Assembly (NCBI RefSeq): GCF_001194135.2
Contig: NC_068982.1
Coordinates: 13,727,491 to 13,791,350, forward strand
DNA length: 63,860 bases
From: Octopus bimaculoides
Lineage: Eukaryota
Direction of reading: 5' to 3'
Shown here: positions 50,394 to 61,820 of the stretch, one piece after another
Layout of the letters: each line of letters opens with the position of its first letter
Position numbering within the stretch: position 1 is the stretch's first letter
Position numbers and translations under genes: made by a program
The notes under the pieces: generated by a model
Database searches by the model: none
Told to the model about the DNA's origin: nothing
What the model saw: only the letters and a program-made list of their open reading frames with translations

Positions 50394-50615
50394 TTTTCTT
50401 ATTTCTTTATTGCCCACAAGGGGCTAAACATAGAGGGGGACAAACAAGGACAGACAAATGGATTAAGTCGATTACATCGACTCCAGTGTGTAACTGGTAC
50501 TTAGTTTATCGACCCTGAAAGGATGAAAGGCAAAGTTGACCTCAGAATGTAACGGCAGACGAAATACCACTAAGCATTCCACCCGGCGTGCTAACGATTC
50601 TGCCAGCTCCCCGCC
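50394..50615 (-). mobile_element. SINE B (tail 1) with TSD
   Basis: 13-bp TSD atttcagattatt at 50381-50393 and 50616-50628. Confidence 0.92.
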
Positions 50616-50699
50616 ATTTCAGATTATTATTTCTATGAAGGGAAATACTACAGGAAGATTACATCAAATATGTACTCCATCTGGTATTCTATAATGGAT

Positions 50700-50830
50700 A
50701 TGCTTGGCCCATGATCGCAAGGATGTGGGTTCGATTGCTGCACCAGTGGGGCATTGTGTTCTTGAGCGAGGCACTTAATTTTACATTGCTCCAGTTTGCT
50801 CAACTATAATGAATAGCATCCAGTTACTGA
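50700..50830 (+). mobile_element. SINE family E 5' fragment
   Basis: B box gggttcgattgc, then gcattgtgttcttgagcgaggcactt...ttgctccag. Confidence 0.5.
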
Positions 50831-51097
50831 AACAGCCCTCACTCCCTCAAGCTATCACATTCTGTGCTCTATGGGGTCAATAACGAAGGGGCCAAAGAGG
50901 TGAGGGTGTCTGTATGTATTCACAACTTACTAGGCACATTTGCTCACATTAATGGCTGGCTTGTCATTCTCATGACTGTTGTCTGAAAAATATTTCATAA
51001 AGCTATATTGTAATGGAATATTTGGAAGAAAAATATTTTCTTTGATCGTAAAAACTCACATGCATTCCAATTCCATAAATTGAAATTTTTTTTCAGC

Positions 51098-51253
51098 ATA
51101 AGCATGGCTGTGTGGTAAGAAGTTTACTTCCCAATCACATGGTTATGGTTTCAGTCCTATTGCATGCACCTTGAGCAAGTATCATCTACTATAGCTTTGA
51201 GCAGACCAAACCTTGTGGGTGGATTTAGTAGACAGAAACTGAAAGAAGCTTGT

Positions 51254-51289
<36 letters not shown>

Positions 51290-51470
51290 TCCCCAACCAC
51301 CACTTGACAACTGGTGTTGGTGTGTTTATGTCCCTGTAACTTAGCAGATCAGCAAAAGGGGCAATCGAATAAATACCAGAGTTTTAAAAAAGTACTGGGG
51401 TTGATTCATTTGATTGAAATTCTTCAAGGCAGGGCCCCAGCATGGCAGCAGTTTAAACAAGTAAAAGAAA
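51098..51470 (+). mobile_element. SINE A
   Basis: Full family A layout. Confidence 0.85.
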
Positions 51471-53291
51471 AATATAGAGAAGATATCATACATATATAGC
51501 TTGCTATAGATGCTTGATTTTAGGTTTTCTATTTTCCTTGTCATGGACCTGAGGTTTTAGATATTTACCCAGTTTGTATTTAGGTATTTACCCAGAATGT
51601 GTCCAGAAAAGAGATATACTTAAAAGGTTGCAATTTTAATTTTCTTGCATGCAACAAAAGAATGTTTCTTACCTCCTGTTTCAGATATTGGTGAATATGC
51701 CCAGTATCTGTCAGTACGCTTACATGTTCTATTTAATATCACTACTGTTATACACCTTTAACAGCTTCCCTCAACGTGATTGTAGAGGGAAGCTGCTAAA
51801 TCTTTCAGCTATCTCCAGTCGATGAATGAATGTGGTTATTATGTGTATTGGTTCGTGAATACATTTTCAGTGAACCTGAAAGCATTTCTTGGCTGAAAAC
51901 AATTAAATATATTTCTACAGTTAAATTCATGCTAAGGTGATTGTGCAGTATTTCTAGAAATGTCTTTGTGCTGAAATTTGAGACTTTGTGTTTCCTGAAT
52001 AACTACAGAAGATCTTAACAGAATGCTTATCAAATATTTATGTGGTATCTATGAGAAGTGGAGAAGTGTGTACATATAAGGGTTAGGAAGCATCTTGTGT
52101 TATTTGTGAACATGTTTATACCGAATAGTCTGAAACAGTATTTTCCTATTTCCTTGTTTAGTTAATCTTAATGCTGTCTTTACATATGACTAGTCTTGCC
52201 ATTAAAAATCGTTTCTGAATGATCAATATGCAGAAACTCATAAGTAATGGTTTACGATTTCAGCTAAATAAATTACACATTACTGTTTCTATTGAGTACT
52301 TTTCTTTTCCTTGTTGCCACTAAACAGCAACAAAAGTCTGTGCCTGCTTCATGTCGGATAAGCTTTGTAATTGATCAGAGAAAGTTATTTGAAATAATGG
52401 AAAAGCACACAATTATATACTAGCTGAAAAGAATTGGTACACTACCAATAAAACTCTACACAAGCATCTGAGTCTGAAAGAATGTTCAGAAGAATGAAAT
52501 TGATGCCAGTCTCCCTCAACAAAGTTATTTCCAACTCCTCTTTGCATATGTTTGGTTTCAGACCTGTGCATGTGTGTGTGTGTGTGTGTGTATCAGTTGG
52601 TTAGCATCATGCCAATTGTGGTTATTAGCTCAGTAACCTCCAGCATGTAATTGGCTAGTAGTGTACACTATGGTAATACTAGTCAATTAATTTTCCTGTT
52701 TTATCACCCAACCACAAGATTTTAATGAAATCCGGCATTCTGAAACTATAATGTCTGTAGCAGCATTAGTTACACACACCTTTCATTGAACAAATATAAT
52801 AAATTAAGATGAATAGACAATGACAGTTCAATGCATGCTACAAATGTTTCTATAGCATGGTAATTTATTTGCAATTGGTGTCTTACAAAAGTAGCAGACC
52901 AAAATTAGCAGCCACCTCTGAACCACAGAAAGAAAAAAGTTGCTTTTTTTTATCGACGGTTCAGGATGCCCGATGAAATGGCAGATAATTCTGGCTTTTA
53001 TAATACACTAATTGCAAATACATTACTATAAATTTGGAACATTTGTATCATTCATTGAAATGTGATTGTCCAGTCATCTTCAGTTATTAGACATGCATAT
53101 ATATATATATATATATATGTGTGNNNNNNNNNNGTGTGTTTGCATGTATCTATGTATATATATTAGCAGAAAGGGAGGAATTTTGATTATCCCAATGTGG
53201 TGAATTGTCGTATATATATGAAATTATAGAAGGAAAATGCACACACTTTACATAGTTTTAATATAATTTTTGGTACATCTTATATTGTGTT

Positions 53292-53324
53292 TGTCGACCA
53301 GTTTCTCTTTTGCTAATCATGACA
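53292..53324 (-). ncRNA. Minimal hammerhead variant (A3-U8), partly decayed, in the 3' arm
   Basis: tgtc-ATGATTA-gc aaaa ga-GAAAC-tg-GTC-gaca. Confidence 0.55.
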
Positions 53325-53599
53325 TTAAAATCTATTTAAATATATATCTTTTTTAGAAATTTTTTTTTGTCCATGTTGTGTGAGGAGTTTATGAATGAAT
53401 AATTCAACAAGTAGAAAAATCTAAGGGGAGGTAACGGTTATTGTTATTATTGTGGACAGGAGAGATAATTGTTCATCTTTCGGTAGGGAGGGATATAAAT
53501 ATACACAAAAATTTTTAAACTAGTATAGTGGGGAGAAATATGTACAGTGATGGCTATGTAATCGTGAATTAAAATATGTATATAGATCAAAGTTGGTTA

Positions 53600-53900
53600 T
53601 GCATGCATATTTAGAAGTGTTCTGTATTTTTCGATGAATAAATTTTATTTATTTAAATGTTCTTGTAAAGAAATTGTATTTTTGCACTGGTAGAAGGGAG
53701 ATAACTGTGAAATTTGGTTTGATGTTACCTGCACATCTCTCTATGCGCTCACTTCAAAGAATCTGTCTGTATTATGGGAACCGGATCTGCTCTTTATGTA
53801 GAGTGGTTCTCCATCTCAGTGTCGTACTCGTCTGTCCTATCTAATGATATCCACAACCCGAGCAGGTTATTACATAAATTAGATTCTCAGATGCGCGAGT
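53600..53900 (-). pseudogene. GIY-YIG endonuclease domain of the PLE (in-frame stops)
   Basis: LIYVITCSGCGYH*IGQTSTTLRWRTTLHKEQIR. Confidence 0.85.
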
Positions 53901-54549
53901 GAAGTTGGTTTTAAATGTGAACCTCTCTCCTTGTTTGGAAAGGAAATCTGAGCCTTCAGATAGGTTGGGGCATGTTCCACTATTTGGGCGTTCACATTTT
54001 TAACCGTTGGTTTCGTGGTTGTTGTGTAAAGCTTCACATATGTTAGAAGTCTCTTTAGCAATTTGTGTTGCTTTTTGCATTTGATAAATTTATGTGCTTT
54101 CAGGATGTTGTTCATTTTGGGTCTCTAGTTAGTAAAGGGCGATTTTGCCCAATAGTGTTGTGTTCCTCATTGTTTCTAGGGTTGTGAGTTCATATATACA
54201 GTAGTGTTTCGAGATGAGGTGTGGTGTTATGTTTCGTTGCCCTTAGTGTTTTCATGTCTAATTTCTTGACACGCTTAATTCCATCGTCTATAAGTGAGGG
54301 TGGATATTGTCTTCCAGTTAGTATTGTTCTATGGTGCAAATCCTTTTTACCAAATCAAAGGGGGTGTTTATTTTGATGTGTTTCGGGTGGCATGAGCTAA
54401 AAAGGAGATATTGCTTTGAATCTGTTAGTTTAAGATAGATGCCAGTTATGATTTGGTTGTTGACTTTTTTTATCATAATATCAAAAAATAGGAGCTATAT
54501 TCCACTATGAATTGAATGTTACTGTTTATATCATTTAGTATTGATTTGA

Positions 54550-55420
54550 ATTCCAAAAGTATATCAATGGTCTCCTTCCAGATGATAAAACAGTCATTGA
54601 GGTACTGATCTAGTTTTCTCTTATGTAATGTTGAAATGGATAACCATAGTTTTGCAGTGACATTTCATATATGGTGAATTCAAAATAACCCATTATCAGG
54701 TTCGCAAGAACAGGGGCTGCTTTCGTTTCCATCGCAATTCTGCATTTTTGACGATAGTGGGTGTCATCAAATAGGAAATAATTCTTCTGAAGAATAACTT
54801 TTAAAGATTCAATAATAAAGACCCCCAATTTATGCATTCTGGAAATTCATCAACGTAATTTTCCAGACAGAATTTGATTGCTTTTATTCCATAGTCATGT
54901 GGGATATTGGTGTAAAGGTTGATAACATAGAAGGAAACCAATAATGCCTTTTCCTTAATTGTTTTTGGTAGGTGCTCCAGAATGTCTAAATTCTCTCCAA
55001 TGAAACTTTTCATGTATTTCAGCAAGGGTCTCAGTAGGATGTCTAGGAAATTGCTTAGGCGGTGGATTTCACAGGCTGGGCCTTAACTTTAAGTCTTCTG
55101 GCACTTGGATATTTATGTATTTGCCTGGTGATTGTTTGCAGGCTTCATTAACTATCTTGCTCTTGTGTATTTTAGGAAGGCCTTAAAAAAGACTGGGTTT
55201 ACATTTGAAGTTCGTAATGTAGTCTGTTTCTTTTTCTGTCAGGCCTTTTCCATGTAGAAGTATGAAGGATGCAAGATTTTTCATTGCTTTTGTTGCTTTT
55301 AGTTTACAACTTTTTCGTAGAAGGCATCGTTTTTTAGCATGGATAATACCAGGCTTTTATAGTAGTCTGTGTCCATCAGGACTACAGCACTTCCTTTGTC
55401 AGCTTCTTTGATTGTCAGTT
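54550..55420 (-). pseudogene. PLE reverse transcriptase domain (frameshifted)
   Basis: Motifs spread over ORFs 54610..54837 and 54801..55025 and adjacent frames. Confidence 0.9.
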
Positions 55421-56599
55421 CTTTGTCGTTTTGTAGTTCAATTAGATATTTCCATTCTAAATTGTTGAAGTTTGAATTAATTTTTCGCTTATGGAAAGTA
55501 TTTGGAAAATTTTGGATATGGTCGCAGAAGTCATCCAGTGTTTTATTCCTACCTTTAGGTGGAAAATACTTGCTTCTGTTTTTAACCAGTGATTCATCTT
55601 CGTTAGTGTACTCAGTTTGTGCTTCTGGGAGACATGGTTTTCTGCAGAATTCTGAAATATTGTCTTTAATTTCATTATGGTTAGCTCTTCGTGGGGTTGA
55701 AATGAACTTTAATCCTTTAACTAGTATACTGATCTTTGTTGCAGAGAGAGTTTTCTTCGATAAATTTATTACTTTGAGTTTCTCCGAGGAGTTTGTTCCA
55801 ACATGTGTCCCTGTTTCTCTCTACGCGGTCTAAAAAAAAGTTTACTGTAATTTGTTTGGTAGAAGTTAGTATTATTAATGTTATTAATTATATCAGTATT
55901 ATTAATGTTATTAATTATATCAGTATTATTATTGTTATTATATATTATATTGGGATTGCTCGGAGGTTGGTATTGTTGTCTGGGTAAACTGGCTGGAAGT
56001 AGGTGGTTCAGGTTTCTTCGTTGGAATAAATTGTTGGGGTGCTTAATTATGTTTGGAATGTTGAGGAGTTAGTTGTGCTGTCTGGGTAAATAGGTTGAAG
56101 ATCTGTAGGTTGAGTTTCTTTGTTGAGGGGTAGAGGAAGTCTCTTGGACGTTTCTAGTTGCTAGGGAGAAAAATTTACTTGGTTTCTTCTTGTATTTTTT
56201 ATTAGTGAGTTGTTCCTATCACTAGATTGAGAATGGTTTACTTCCAGGTGAGAAACCAGTTTTGTGTGTTTGTATTCTTTTGAGATGTTTATAGTTTGAT
56301 CTCGGTGGACGTGTATTTATTTCTGTAGATCTACTTTTCCAGATTTTTTTCAGGGAGCGGTTATCTGAAGTGTAGTCTCTTTTAACTAAGGAAGAAATTA
56401 AAACTGTTTTCCCACCGTTGCAGGGAATATATTTCTTCCGGCTCACAGCTGTCTTTCCATAGTTTTATAACACATTCCAAAAGTTGTTCATCAGCATGTT
56501 TTGTGAGTTCAGTGTGCATTTCTTCATCAAGCGTTTCAGATTTTTGTTCGTTATTCGATGCTCTGAGTTTAAGTAACTCAATCTCTATTTTCATTTTAA

Positions 56600-56632
56600 T
56601 GTCATGATTAGCGAAAGCGAAACCGGTCGACA
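56600..56632 (+). ncRNA. Minimal hammerhead variant (A3-U8 core), in the inverted 5' arm
   Basis: tgtc-ATGATTA-gc GAAA gc-GAAAC-cg-GTC-gaca; palindromic stem III ACCGGT, GUC cleavage triplet. Confidence 0.7.
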
Positions 56633-56704
56633 AACAATATAAGATATATTAAAAATTATATTAAAACTATGCAAAATGTGTGCATTTTCCTTCTTTAATT
56701 TCTT

Positions 56705-56743
<39 letters not shown>

Positions 56744-57303
56744 NNNNNNNNNNNNNNNNNNNNNNNNNNNNNNNNNNNNNNNNNNNNNNNNNNNNNNNNN
56801 NNNNNNNNNNNNNNNNNNNNNNNNNNNNNNNNNNNNNNNNNNNNNNNNNNNNNNNNNNNNNNNNNNNNNNNNNNNNNNNNNNNNNNNNNNNNNNNNNNNN
56901 NNNNNNNNNNNNNNNNNNNNNNNNNNNNNNNNNNNNNNNNNNNNNNNNNNNNNNNNNNNNNNNNNNNNNNNNNNNNNNNNNNNNNNNNNNNNNNNNNNNN
57001 NNNNNNNNNNNNNNNNNNNNNNNNNNNNNNNNNNNNNNNNNNNNNNNNNNNNNNNNNNNNNNNNNNNNNNNNNNNNNNNNNNNNNNNNNNNNNNNNNNNN
57101 NNNNNNNNNNNNNNNNNNNNNNNNNNNNNNNNNNNNNNNNNNNNNNNNNNNNNNNNNNNNNNNNNNNNNNNNNNNNNNNNNNNNNNNNNNNNNNNNNNNN
57201 NNNNNNNNNNNNNNNNNNNNNNNNNNNNNNNNNNNNNNNNNNNNNNNNNNNNNNNNNNNNNNNNNNNNNNNNNNNNNNNNNNNNNNNNNNNNNNNNNNNN
57301 NNN

Positions 57304-57347
<44 letters not shown>

Positions 57348-57984
57348 TCCTATACATGTATAAATACGTATACATATGGTAGAGTAACCATGCTTGAAGT
57401 TCACTAAAAGGAATTATAGCTGTGCATCCAACCTGAACTCCACCATTTTATACTATATTATTAAAAAAGCCAGCTAATCAGCCATTTAAATTCCACCTCC
57501 AGTCTCTGTTGTTGGGTTTTTATAAACTCAGGATTTTTCGCTCTAACTTGTAAGTAGTTCTACCACCCGTTGCTGGACATTCCCGGCCCCCTTTCACAAA
57601 TCGGATTAAATTGTTATCTCTGATTAGTAAAATCTGCTACAACTTTGTTGGCAGCAAGTATTTGATCACTTACGAACGTTTTTTGCCATTTGCAGTTACC
57701 ATTCTGGTACCTCAAAATAAATAAATAAATAGATAAATAAAAATAAAGAAAGAAAGAAAACAGTTTATACCATGTAGACCAAATTTGAATTCAAAAACTG
57801 TTTAGCTAAATAATGAAGTATCATTATGTTTTGGATAAACTCGAAAATCTGAAATTTTAAAAACGATAGAATTTCCATTTACTATTGGTAAACTATATTT
57901 TCTTCTGTCAGCATTACTGTCGCAATTGAAAGAAATATTTCCTACAAGTATATGTATTACTTCTTAGTGTGTGTATTCTGTTTT

Positions 57985-58800
57985 CTTCTCTTCCCATCTC
58001 TTTAATATGTTGAAAGGACGCTACATATTGTTACCATTGTTTCAGGTGTACATCTTTCAACTGAATTGTTTGCTACTCTTGCATTATATGCTTTTACAAA
58101 ATCAACAACATATAATTGACCAAACTACCTTTGATAACATGACCATCAGCTAGAAGCAATATGGGTCTCTTGCAGGTGAATGTACTATGTGTGCTCTCGT
58201 CGATGTAAAGGACAATATAGAGTTATACAACCTCATATCTTGTTTGAAATCATTATAAAAGGATTATTGGAATCTGACATTCAGCTTCACATCATTCAAA
58301 AGGAAGGAAGCAGTTTTCCCTTATGGCATTGTTATTGAAGTATCCGTCACTAGGTTGTTCAAATATGAAACGTTTGGCCATGTGAAGCTGACATAGGATA
58401 TTCATATCTCCACGGTAATGTAGTTAAATGTCTTGTTTATTTGCATGTTGAACTGGGTACTCTTTCTACAACATGTTTTCCATTTTGAACGGTTTTCACT
58501 CCTTTATCGTTCTACTCTCTTCTACTAATGTTGCATTAATTCTTGTCTTCTAGATTTCGTTCCCTTCGCATCCGGAACCACATAGCATGTCTTCTAGTAT
58601 TTCCCCGTTCATCATTTTCCATTATCCCTGGATTGAGCATTTCCCACAGTTTCCTGCTAATTCTTCATTTAGCCAATCCCCTCGAGCTGTTTTTCGTATA
58701 ACCTCTATTTCTTTTTGACTTAAAGTGGATTTTCTTCACAGTCTTTCTCTATCTAATCTACGTGCGTCATCGTACGAGGTGATTCCACATTTATCAGCTG
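57985..58800 (-). mobile_element. Helitron RepHel N-terminal pseudogene fragment
   Basis: Minus strand across frameshifts: HYRGDMNILCQLHMAKRFIFEQPSDG..CHKGKLLP...FKQDMRLYNSILSFTS...RDPYCF...FGQLYVVD, matching the known RepHel N-terminal series (HYxGxM..C; YNSxLxFxS; PYCF; QLYxxD). Confidence 0.78.
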
Positions 58801-59335
58801 GAACATTTCATAATAATATGTCAGCAATAAAGAAAATATTATATATGCATAGACGGTATTAAAGTGTCCGAAAGATCAAATGAGTTAGTTGAAACTGTGA
58901 AACATTTTGCAAAGTAAATATGTCAAACTGTTAAAACAAACATCTCGTGCACCATTAGTGCACAAGATTTCAAAATCTCTTTGCGTTCTTTCCTGCAAGA
59001 AGCTTTTGTGGGGAATATGCATACATAATTACATGTGTGCACACATACATGTATGCTCCTACCCTTCTCTCCTCCTTCCACGTGACTGATGTCTGGCCAG
59101 CCATGATCTTTCTTTCTTGGCCTGATTGCCGACTGCCAACACTTCTTATGTACATCTCCTATGTCCCTGCCTTTAGGCTTTCACTTCATACACGTCAGCT
59201 CAATTTGATTCGTTCTCAGTCGAAAGACGCCTGTTGTTATATTATTGTTGTTTGTATTTGTAACTGTGTACCATGTTCTCCGTTTCTTATCTTTGTAAGA
59301 AAGCTAAGAAATGTATGCGGCAACAAAGAAATATA

Positions 59336-59555
59336 ATGCTCTTAGCTTAGACTTTTTTCGGAGTAACCAGATCGAACTGTCTCGAGTGTAACAGCCCGAA
59401 ACAGTAAGGACTTCTGGTAACTTGACTGAAGAAAGAAAGCCACGAATGCCCCGTCTTTTCTTTTTTCCTGTCCTTCTAATTGTTGTTTCTCCTGTCTGCC
59501 TTTGTATCGTCTATCTGTCCGAATGTTTTATTGTCCTCTTTTGCGTTTTTGCTGC
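59336..59555 (+). repeat. Repeat family F, copy 3
   Basis: Same shared blocks as 23893-24076 and 46257-46470. Confidence 0.75.
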
Positions 59556-59677
59556 ATTCTTTATATCTCTATATACATGCATACGTACTTACATACATAC
59601 TTGCATAAGTACTAATATGTATGTGCGCGCGCGTATGTGTGTGTATTTCATTTCGGAGTGAGTTTGAGTAAATGACA

Positions 59678-59712
<35 letters not shown>

Positions 59713-60339
59713 CGTTGATGTCTGAATTAAAATTTGATCGTGTTCATTCTGAAAACACCTATACAACATAATATACTGTATTAGAATGAAAATGAAGATA
59801 AAATGGATGTAAAATATACAAAAATATCGAAACAAAAGCAACGGAATTATAAATTTCATTGTTTCCTTTCTATCCTAACGACGAATATTAACCTACACTA
59901 AAATGTATTTCCGTTTCGTTTTCTTTCTTGTTTGTTTTTACTTTAATCTTACATTCAACCATACTACTTCCTTTGACTATTCTGAGGTAGAATGCAGCTG
60001 TAATAGCACCTAAATCCATACGCGCGCGCACTACGTATGTATGTAGCACCTACATTCATGTACAAACAATAAGTGTGTGTGTGTGTGTGTGTGTGTGCTA
60101 ATATATGGTAACGGTAGACAATGACTTCGAAGTTTCGGATTATTCGCCATTATTAGTCTTGTGGTTTACTTTGGGTTCTTCTGTCTTTATATACGTTTTG
60201 GTTGACTGCTCCTGTGGTAGATGGGATAATGCAGATGAGAATTAGGTATAATGAACGTAGGCGGGGAATGTACTTTTGTAAGAAGAGGGGAAATAGAGAA
60301 GGGTAAGAGGAACATATATGTTTGTAGTATATAACGATA

Positions 60340-60595
60340 AACGTCGCCCTTCCAAAGCCTAGCCAGGCTCATGGGCCCGGTTTCTATGGCGTATGTGTTC
60401 CCCCAAGCTGGATGGAACGCCAGTCCATCGCAGCGTTACTCAAGAAACAGGAAGAAAGAGCGAGAGAAAGTTGGGGCGAAAGAGTACAACAGGGGTCGCC
60501 ACCACCACCCCCTGCCGGAGCCTCGTGGAGCTTAGGTGTTTTCGCTCAATAAACACTCACAACGCCCGGTCTTGGAATCGAAACCGAAATATACA
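60340..60595 (-). mobile_element. SINE family E (V-domain-like ccagtccatcgcag segment)
   Basis: ggatggaacgccagtccatcgcagcg and a B-box-like ggtttcgattcc on the minus strand; the V-SINE link is from memory, not an alignment. Confidence 0.55.
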
Positions 60596-60939
60596 CATCT
60601 GATTATGAATAAATTCAAAACAGTAGCACATCCTCAAATTTATTCAATAAAAATTCTCTATAACACCTTGTCAACACACCCTTTTATACAATCTAATTAT
60701 CATTCAACAAAACGCAGCTAGAAAATTTTTAACTTAACAGATATTATATAAAGCCAAGGTGGAGTCAAATTTTCGACAGTCCGACGACAGCTGAATTGGT
60801 TGAAACTTCGAAGTCACTGTCATTACAATTTTTGTTTAAAAAGTAATAAATTTATACTGTACCAAATGTATTAGGTAATCCTTCAATTTAACGTAAAATT
60901 GTATTATAAAAACAAACATTAATACATACATAAATACAT

Positions 60940-61518
60940 AAGGAATACTGGTGGAATGTACTAGTGAAGACCTCAATGAAATGTAAGCACAACAGACCTG
61001 ATATTGTGATTTGAGATAGAGTAAAGAAACTGCACAGTTGTGGAAATTAGCTGCCCAGCAGATATTAACATAAAGCTGGAGATCAATGAAAAAGAGAATA
61101 CCTATGCTGAACTATTGAGAAATCTATAGTCACTTTATCCAGATTACAGGTTCAGGTTTATACCTGTAATTATTGGATCCCTGGGATATGTAACTCACTG
61201 CCTAAATGCCAATGTTGAGACATTAGGTTTCTCAGAACCAGAAAGGAGAATGCTAATTCAAAGACTTCAGATCTAATCCATCACTGGAACTGTAAACATT
61301 TGTAAAACTTTCCAGAAGTTTATCATTTAAATATGTATGAGCATGTCTAGATATGCAATTATATGCATGAGAATATATACATACAAATCTGCACATACAT
61401 ACATACAAACAAAAATGCCCTGTTGTTGATGTTGAAATTCCAATGAAGGTGCTTTGGATCTAGGTTAGAAACCGGCTCTTTCTCTATTGGCAAGAAATCT
61501 TGAAATAAACTGAATAAT
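60940..61518 (+). mobile_element. RLE-type (R4/Dong-like) non-LTR retrotransposon 3' fragment
   Basis: EYWWN...KHNRPDIVI*D...EISCPADINI...EKENTYAELLRNL...FIPVIIGSLG, a PD-(D/E)xK endonuclease, followed by a 3' UTR. Confidence 0.82.
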
Positions 61519-61559
61519 GACATACACATACATATCCAGACTATGAATTCATATTCATA

Positions 61560-61820
61560 CTGATAATAATTGGAGCACTAGGTTTTGTTAGTAAATGCTT
61601 AAAGGAGGATCTTGATAAACTGGGATTTTCAGGAAGAGGAATCAACTGGCTGATTCATACATTACAAGTGCTACCTGTGCGTGGAACAGTAAAAATATGC
61701 AAGACCTTTCTCGATTTAAAATGTGAATTTGTCTATGTTAACTACATCCCAAAGATGGAGCCTTGTATCTTTATTGAAAACAGACTCCCTCCTCAGTGGA
61801 AGATCTATAATTAAAAAATA
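61560..61820 (+). mobile_element. Second RLE-type 3' fragment in tandem
   Basis: IIGALGFVSKCL...GTVKICKTFL; the UTR matches 3950-4015. Confidence 0.75.

Larger units (their letters stand above)
53220..56702 (-). mobile_element. Penelope-like retroelement, near full length, with inverted terminal repeat
   Basis: RT motifs ADKGSAVVLMD, FLDILLRP, LVSFYVINLYTNIPH, YRQKCRIAMETKAAPVLANLIMGYFE, YLNDCFIIW; GIY-YIG NLIYVITCSGCG.H*IGQT; about 110-bp inverted arms 53220-53331 and 56593-56702. Confidence 0.92.

Noticed and set aside
59345-59430. Hammerhead in family F (cccGAAACaGTAaggac with a nearby CTGAAGA)
   Set aside because: No arrangement gives both stem I and stem II in any permutation across the three copies.
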